DNA from: an uncultured Phycisphaerales bacterium
GTDB taxonomy: Bacteria > Planctomycetota > Phycisphaerae > Tepidisphaerales > Tepidisphaeraceae
Direction of reading: 5' to 3'
Length of the DNA: 64,000 nucleotides
Assembly (NCBI GenBank): GCA_963755915.1
Contig: CAVWLP010000003.1
Span: 416,001-480,000, forward strand
In this document: positions 57,548-64,000 of the stretch, piece after piece
How the letters are laid out: every line of letters starts with the position of its first letter
Numbering within the stretch: the first letter of the stretch is position 1
Notes under the pieces: model-generated
Seen by the model: only the letters and a program-made list of their open reading frames with translations
Databases searched by the model: none
Told to the model about the DNA's origin: nothing
Made by a program: the position numbers and the translations under genes

Positions 57548-57973
57548 TTACAGCGAGTTTTCGGGACCATCGGTCTGTCCTCGTTCCATCGCGATGCATT
57601 CCTGGAACGTCATCGGCATTTTGCCGAATGAATCCTGCTCAAGTTTTGGCGGCGCTGCGGTATCAGCCTCTGTTGCTGGCCCAGATGCGGGCATTAACAC
57701 CGTCCGGCGGCGGATGCGGGCGGTGACTGGTTCCTCGGCGGTGGCGTGCGGCTGGCGAATACGCCGCGGCGCGGCTTCGACACTATGTGCGGCCTTGACA
57801 GTCATCTCTGCGCCACCGATCTCCATCGGTGCGACGCCCAACCAATCGGGATCGACATGGTGTGCGGGTTCGCCCCGGTCACGCTTCCGAAAAAACACGA
57901 TGTCGGTCACCACGGCGGTTCCTTCCCGCTTGAACGCATCCGATGGCAGGCGGATACGGAATTTCGCAAGCAT
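57548..57973 (-). pseudogene. fragment of a DarB-like methyltransferase/SNF2-helicase
   Basis: IRLPSDAFKREGTAVVTDIVFFRKR motif without the rest of the protein. Confidence 0.6.
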
Positions 57974-58014
57974 CCTCCTCCGTGCCTCCCATTAAAAAAA
58001 TTCAAAAAAATTTC

Positions 58015-58064
58015 TTGCATGCGGGAAGATCGGAGCTATTATAAGAGTTAATAAAGTTAATAAC
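58015..58064 (+). promoter_or_regulatory. putative trb promoter with 9-bp direct-repeat operator
   Basis: upstream A-tracts, TTGCAT-N16-TATTAT, then gttaataaa-gttaataac. Confidence 0.55.
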
Positions 58065-58114
58065 GGTGCAAACGGCATCGAATGCCGAGCAGCGTTTTGA
58101 AAGGAGCGTGATTT

Positions 58115-58450
58115 ATGTTCCGTAGTCGAGCGGCTATTTCGTTGCCAGGGTTAGCCGGCTGGTTTGCTGTGATGGCCTGGGGTGGCGTGGCGCGTGCGGC
58201 CGCAAATGGAGCTAATGGCCAACCTCTGCCTTGGGAAGGCCCTTTGAACCAAGTGTTGGCCAGCTTCACTGGGCCGGTTGCTAAGGCGCTGTGCATCCTG
58301 GCCATTGTGATTCTCGGGTTCGGCTTCGCATTCAGCGACGGCGGCGGGTTGCGGCGCGTGCTGGGTCTCTTGCTGGGAGTTTCCATTGCGGTGACGGCCA
58401 CAAGTTTCGGCGTGACGTTCTTCGGTTTCGACGGCGGCGCAGGGTGGTGA
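58115..58450 (+). CDS. trbC: TrbC/VirB2 pilin
   Basis: LPWEGPLNQVLASFTGPVA motif; signal peptide and two TM segments. Confidence 0.92.
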   Translation: MFRSRAAISLPGLAGWFAVMAWGGVARAAANGANGQPLPWEGPLNQVLASFTGPVAKALCILAIVILGFGFAFSDGGGLRRVLGLLLGVSIAVTATSFGVTFFGFDGGAGW

Positions 58451-58486
58451 GGCGGTTCGACGAAGCTGACCGCAGGAGTAGCAGCC

Positions 58487-58756
58487 ATGACGCGACCCGA
58501 AGAAATCGAGGGATACGAAGTGCCGCTGCATGTGGCATTGACCCAACCCATCCTTATGGGTGGCGCGCCGCGGACCTTTGCAATCCTCAACGGAACGCTT
58601 GCTCTGGTCATTGGCATGGGGATGCACCTGTGGTGGCTGGGATTTCCGGCTGGCGCCGCCCTACATGCCGTTGCCGTGGTGATGAGCAAACGCGACCCGC
58701 ATTGGTTTGATCTGTTTCGTCGTCATCTGCGGCAGCCGACATACATGGAATCGTGA
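58487..58756 (+). CDS. trbD: TrbD/VirB3
   Basis: GYEVPLHVALTQPILMGGAPR, KRDP. Confidence 0.92.
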   Translation: MTRPEEIEGYEVPLHVALTQPILMGGAPRTFAILNGTLALVIGMGMHLWWLGFPAGAALHAVAVVMSKRDPHWFDLFRRHLRQPTYMES

Positions 58757-58773
58757 TGTGAAGGATTTCCGCC

Positions 58774-61342
58774 ATGTGGAACATTGGCGAATACCGAAAC
58801 CGTTCCCAGCGCCTGGCTGACCACCTGCCATGGGCCGTTTTGATCGGTCCGGGCGTGGTGCTTAATAAGGACGGTAGCCTGGAAAAGACGGTACGATTCC
58901 GCGGACCCGATCTGGATAGTTCCACCCCGTATGAGCTGGTCGCGGCCCGCGCGAATGAACAATGTGCTGCGCCGCCTGGGATCGCACTGGTGCGTGCATG
59001 TTGAGGCTGCGCGACGTTCTGCCCATGCCTATCCAGAAAGTAAGTTTCCTAATCCAGTAGCGGAATTGATCGACCGGGAGCGTCGGCAGGATTTCACCGC
59101 CGAGGCACTGCACTTTGAGAGCCAATGCTTCGTCACATTCACCTACCTGCCACCAGCGGAAAGCATGGCGCGCCTGAGCGATCTGTTCATCGAACGACCG
59201 AGCAATGGGAGCAACGGACAGGTTTCTTATCGCGCCCATTACGATCATTTCCTCGGCCAGGTCGATCAGGTGATGAACTTGATGGCATCTTTCATGCCAG
59301 AGGTTCGACCGCTGGATGATTCTGAAACTTTGACCTACCTCCACTCGTGTATCTCGGACCGGCGATTGACCATCGCGGTCCCCGACGTGCCATTCTACCT
59401 CGATGAAATGATTACCGACCGGCCGCTATTGGGCGGGCTCTCCCCGCGGTTGGGCCAACAATTTCTGAAAGCCGTGTCGATCCGGGCTTACGTCAATCGC
59501 ACGCTGCCCTGCCTATTGGATCGGCTGAACGAATTGCCAATCGAATACCGCTGGGTCGGCCGCTATCTTCCGATGGACAAGGCCGATGCAACGCGACATT
59601 TGAACAAGCTGCGCCGCCAGTGGTTCGCCAAGCGCAAGGGGATGACGACGCTGCTGAAAGAGGCGATCACCAAACAGGAAAGCAAGCTGGAGGATTCCGA
59701 TAGTTTGAACAAGGCCGAAGATGTGGACGACGCGCTGCAGGAGCTCGGCGGCGAGCACTGCTCCTTCGGAGATTTCACACTCACGATCACTGTTTGGGAT
59801 GAAGATGAACAAACTGCGACGGAAAAGGCCCGCGCCGTCCAACAAGTTGTGGACGGAATCGGTCTTGTGTCCGAAATCGAAGATTTCAACGCGGTTCAGG
59901 CGTGGATGGGCAGTCTTCCCGGTCACGCTTATGCCGATGTGCGCCGGCCGCTGGTTTCCTCGTTGAATGTCTGCGACCTGGTGCCGCTGAGTGCGGTCTG
60001 GTCCGGTCCAGCGCGTTGTGCTCATCTCGACGGGCCACCGCTGCTGGTTACTCGCACGAAGGGATCGACCCCATTTCGTTTGTCACTGCATCAGGGCGAT
60101 GTGGGCCATACGATCATTGCGGGCCCAACTGGCGCGGGCAAATCGACGCTATTAAATCTTCTAGCCTGCCAATGGCTCCGATATCCCGGCGCCCGTGTGT
60201 ACATCTTCGACAAGGGCGCAAGCTGCCGCGCGATGACCTTGGCAATGGGCGGGGACTTTTACGATCTGGGCGGCGAAGGCGAAGATATTTGCTTCCAGCC
60301 GTTGGCGGACATCGACGATGAATCGGAACTGGCCTGGGCACAAGATTGGATCGCCGACCTTCTGTACCGCGAAAAATTGGCAGTGACGCCGGCGACAAAG
60401 CAAGAATTGTGGGCGGCGCTGACCAATTTGGCGTCGATGCCGAAGGCACAGCGCACGCTCAGCACACTTGTGGGCATCGTCCAAGATGCGGACATTCGAC
60501 AGGCGCTCCGAAGTTACACCCTCGATGGCGCGTATGGTCGGCTGCTGGATGCCAATGAGGACACGCTCAACAGTAATAACGATGCCCGCTGGCAGGCGTT
60601 TGAGATGGAACACCTGATGCAGAGCCGCTCGGCCCTGCTGCCGGTCCTGACATACTTGTTCCGCCGGCTTGAAAAACGCTTCGACGGCGCGCCGACACTG
60701 ATGATTCTCGATGAGGCGTGGCTGTATCTGACCGAATCACTTTTCGCCGCCAAGATCCGTGAGTGGCTCAAGGTGTTGCGAAAGAAAAATGTCGCCGTCA
60801 TCTTTGCCACGCAGAGCTTATCTGACATCGCCGACAGCGCCATCGCGCCGGCGATCATCGAAAACTGCCCGACACGCATCTTCCTGCCCAACGGCAATGC
60901 GATGGAAGATCGCACCCGGAAAGTCTACGAGTCATTCGGCCTGAACGAGCGGCAACTGCAAATTCTCCAGCAGTCGATCCCAAAGAAGGACTACTACTAC
61001 CAGAGCCGTGAAGGAAATCGGCTTTTTGAACTGGGTCTCGGCGAATTGACGCTGGCCTTTTGCGCCGCGGGCTCACCGCAGGATCAAGCGCGAATTACCA
61101 AAGTTCTGAGCGAGCATGATCGCGAGCGTTTCGCCGCCGCTTACCTGAAGGAACGGGGTCTCGGCCATTGGGCGGAGCGTTTGGAAACTTTCAACGTCGA
61201 AAGGAAAGACCATGAACAACGTGAATCCGGTCACGACAACATTGAATTCAGCAAAGGGGAAGCCGAAACACTTTCGGCCAAAGAGAGCTCTGGTCCTGGC
61301 TCTCGTCGCCGGCGGCGCGCTCGTACTCGGGCCGGCGCGTAG
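58774..61342 (+). CDS. trbE: TrbE/VirB4 ATPase (frameshift near 58950)
   Basis: LADHLPWA, VLNKDGSL, GPTGAGKS, LDEAW, FATQSL. Confidence 0.95.
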
Positions 61343-61997
61343 GGCCGATGCCTTTTTGTTCGATATCGTCTTAGACCCGGTTGCGCTGGTCGAAAATGTC
61401 CTGAAGGTGGTGGACATTGGCGAGCAGATCGATGCGGTAGTCCAGCAAGTGGAGAACCAAGTCAAAGAATTAGAGCATCTCAACCTCAACGTTGCGCCGA
61501 ATATTGCGGGGATCGTTTCAGGGGTGGAAGGCCAATTGGAGTCCAGCCTTTACAGCACACCGAATCCAGCGAGCCAACTCAACACGCGATATCCGGCGGA
61601 CATGACCAGTGCCACCTGGGCGCAGTATCAGTCGAACGAATCGACGTGGACGGACAACCAGCGCCAAGCGCTGGTCGAGAATCGTCAATTACAGAATCAG
61701 GTCTATCAGGACATGGATACGACGATCCAACAAGTACAGGGAATCGTCGATGCGTCCAACTCTGCGTCCGGCGAAACGTCGGCGGTCCAGGCCCACAATG
61801 ACCTGCTGGCGGTGGCGTCGGGCGAACTAGCCAAGTTGCAATCTCTGAAAATCGCCCGCGCACGGCTCAAAACCGAAGCTCTGGCCCAACAGCAGTCGGA
61901 ATCATCATATGCGGAGGCTGAGCGCGAGCGAGTTCGCACCGGATGGGATAACCCCGCGCCGCCGACAGAGACGGTCGTCAATCCGTTTCAGAACTGA
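61212..61997 (+). CDS. TrbJ/VirB5-like protein 1
   Basis: signal peptide, IVLDP..., Q-rich helices; lies after trbE. Confidence 0.75.
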   Translation: MNNVNPVTTTLNSAKGKPKHFRPKRALVLALVAGGALVLGPARRADAFLFDIVLDPVALVENVLKVVDIGEQIDAVVQQVENQVKELEHLNLNVAPNIAGIVSGVEGQLESSLYSTPNPASQLNTRYPADMTSATWAQYQSNESTWTDNQRQALVENRQLQNQVYQDMDTTIQQVQGIVDASNSASGETSAVQAHNDLLAVASGELAKLQSLKIARARLKTEALAQQQSESSYAEAERERVRTGWDNPAPPTETVVNPFQN

Positions 61998-62047
61998 ACT
62001 GTGGAACCAATTCATTCCGAAGGAACATGCGAAAGAGGAGATTTGCC

Positions 62048-62782
62048 ATGACACGCTCAAAGAAACGTTTTCTCATTGTCGCAGCAACGGCGGCGCTGCT
62101 TCTGCCCACGGCCGCGTTTGCCGACATCGTCTTTGACCCGACGAACTTCGCCGAAGCGGTAATCCAAGTAGCGGACGATGCGCAAATGGTTGACCAGCTC
62201 TACCAAGAGATTGACAACGAAGTGAACATGCTGAAAAGCTGGAACTTCACTCAGTTACCCGGAGTTCTGCAAAGCATGAATATCTGGCAGCAGGTGTTCG
62301 GCCAGGCCGGCACGATCTATTCATCTACTGATCCCGGCAGCACGCTCAACAGCCAATATCCGTCCGATCCGAGCAATTATGCAAACATGACGGATGCCAA
62401 CTTCCAATCCATGAAAAACGCTTGGGATCAGGAAGAAAGAAGCGTCCTGGTCGAAAACCGCACCGTCCAAAACGAGACGTATTTGAACCTGCAACCGACC
62501 GCGCAGCGCATTCAAGCTTATGTGGAGCATTCCAATTCCGCGTCTGGCGCCACCTCCGCCATGCAGGCCGGGAACGAGGAAGTGGCGAGTTTGGTAGCGC
62601 AGCTTCAATCGCTCCAAGCGCAGGAAATTACCGATGCCCGCGCCGAAGTGGAGCGGAAGGCGCAAGAACAAGCGGAAGAAGCTTATGGCGATCAGCAGTG
62701 TCAGGCGGTGCGCGTGGGCTGGGACAATCCACAGCAGCCCACTACATCTTTAGTGAATGCCTTTCCCGCGGCCAATCAATAG
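62048..62782 (+). CDS. trbJ: TrbJ/VirB5-like protein 2
   Basis: signal peptide, IVFDPTNF, SASGATSAMQAGNE. Confidence 0.82.
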   Translation: MTRSKKRFLIVAATAALLLPTAAFADIVFDPTNFAEAVIQVADDAQMVDQLYQEIDNEVNMLKSWNFTQLPGVLQSMNIWQQVFGQAGTIYSSTDPGSTLNSQYPSDPSNYANMTDANFQSMKNAWDQEERSVLVENRTVQNETYLNLQPTAQRIQAYVEHSNSASGATSAMQAGNEEVASLVAQLQSLQAQEITDARAEVERKAQEQAEEAYGDQQCQAVRVGWDNPQQPTTSLVNAFPAANQ

Positions 62783-62806
62783 TGGAGCAACCAGAAGCGA
62801 AGGGAG

Positions 62807-63979
62807 GTGATTGCAATGACGGCGATCCTGGCAGTGGACTTCGGCAATGGCGGGCCCGACCTCATCAATGATGTGGCCAACCAGTACCTCAACGCGATCA
62901 ACAATGCGTTCGGTCTCATCCAAGGCGACGTCGCCTGGGTGCTGAATGTTCTTATTATTCTGAGCATCATGTGGTCGGCCACGCTCTGGGCGCTCAGCGA
63001 GGACCATGTCATCGCGCAGTTCGCCCGCAAAATCGTCTACATCGGCATGTTCGCCTGGATCATTCAGAACTGGCAATCGCTCACGGACAAGCTGGCAACC
63101 TCATTCATGAATCTTGGATTGAAAGCCGGTGGGTTCGACGGGGTCGGCTTCTACACTCAACAGCCGGGCAATATCGCGTTCCTGGGTTACACGACGGCGC
63201 AGCCGCTGATGGATCAAATTAAGCGACTGACCGGGCCCGTCGCGTTCTTCAAAAACTTTGTCGAAATTGCATTTCTGGCCATAGCAGTCGCCGCCATCGT
63301 CGCCGCATTCTGCGTCATCACGATCCAAGTCGTGCTTGCGCTGGTCACGTTTAAGTTCGGGAGTTTGGCCGCATTCGTGCTCGTGCCATTCGGCGTGCTC
63401 TCCAAGACCGCGTTCATCGCCGAGCGGCCATTGGGCTGGGTGGTGGGGTCCGGCGTGCGCTTGATGGTCCTCACATTGGTCCTGGGGATTGGAAACGGCA
63501 TCTTCCAAGCGCTGCAGGTGCCGGCGGGGAACACGGTGACGACTTATCAAGCCTTCTGCATCGCATTAGCCGCGTTGCTGCTCATGGTGCTGTCGCTCGT
63601 CGCGTCGCGTCTGGCAACGGACATGATTATTGGTGGGCCAAGCCTGGGCGTTGGCACGGCGCTCAATACAACGGCGGTGGCCTACAACACCACCGTTGGC
63701 GCCGCTAGCTCCCGGCCGGCACTCGCGGCGGTAAGAGCGGCCGCCGCTATTCCGATGAAAGGCGCGACGCTGATTGCGCAGGTCGGCAGCGCCGCGGCGC
63801 GCACGATTCGCGGCGTTGGTAGTGCCGGTACGGTGGCGATGGCCTCGGCCGTTCCTTCTTCAACCGCAACTCGATCCGTTGGAACCGTCGCCGCGAATTC
63901 GGCCAGTCGAGTGCCTGGTCCATCCAATTCCCCGAGTGGTAAAGGCGGGTCTTCTGGCGCTGGAGGGCCTGTAACATGA
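62807..63979 (+). CDS. trbL: TrbL/VirB6
   Basis: FGLIQGDV, KIVYIGMFAWIIQNW, KTAFIAER; polytopic, with an Ala/Gly-rich tail. Confidence 0.92.
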   Translation: MIAMTAILAVDFGNGGPDLINDVANQYLNAINNAFGLIQGDVAWVLNVLIILSIMWSATLWALSEDHVIAQFARKIVYIGMFAWIIQNWQSLTDKLATSFMNLGLKAGGFDGVGFYTQQPGNIAFLGYTTAQPLMDQIKRLTGPVAFFKNFVEIAFLAIAVAAIVAAFCVITIQVVLALVTFKFGSLAAFVLVPFGVLSKTAFIAERPLGWVVGSGVRLMVLTLVLGIGNGIFQALQVPAGNTVTTYQAFCIALAALLLMVLSLVASRLATDMIIGGPSLGVGTALNTTAVAYNTTVGAASSRPALAAVRAAAAIPMKGATLIAQVGSAAARTIRGVGSAGTVAMASAVPSSTATRSVGTVAANSASRVPGPSNSPSGKGGSSGAGGPVT

Positions 63980-64000
63980 GTTTTCCGCAGACAACGACAA

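Larger units (their letters stand above)
30657..64000. mobile_element. integrative conjugative element / genomic island in tRNA-Lys (extends beyond the window)
   Basis: att remnant, DUF1580 gene, defence cargo and trb T4SS; no housekeeping genes after 30700. Confidence 0.8.

Overview
The gene content suggests a Planctomycetota (probably Phycisphaerae/Tepidisphaerales-like) genome. Many single-base frameshifts suggest an imperfectly polished long-read assembly. Positions 1-30.6 kb are host chromosome: tig, hisS, a GH57 branching enzyme, a Cld/HemQ protein, GH27, GH127, a TPR-GT41, methyltransferases and PEP-CTERM/dockerin-like secreted proteins. At 30657-30700 a 3' half of tRNA-Lys(CTT) marks the att boundary of an integrative conjugative element that runs past the window end. 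The element carries a DUF1580 gene, two copies of one IS21-family element, a split Rad50/Mre11-like four-gene operon and a type V-B CRISPR-Cas locus (cas4-cas1, IS-interrupted cas2, cas12b, tracrRNA, 54-repeat array). It also carries a type IIG RM gene and a trb-type T4SS (trbC, D, E, J, J, L). The most notable observation is a second, divergently transcribed copy of the tracrRNA scaffold upstream of cas12b (about 48349-48470). It appears fused by a hairpin to the repeat 3' end (GACAC) and to a short guide matching a TTT-PAM site inside the overlapping promoters at 48314-48342. This looks like a natural single-guide RNA that would make Cas12b a transcriptional autorepressor.
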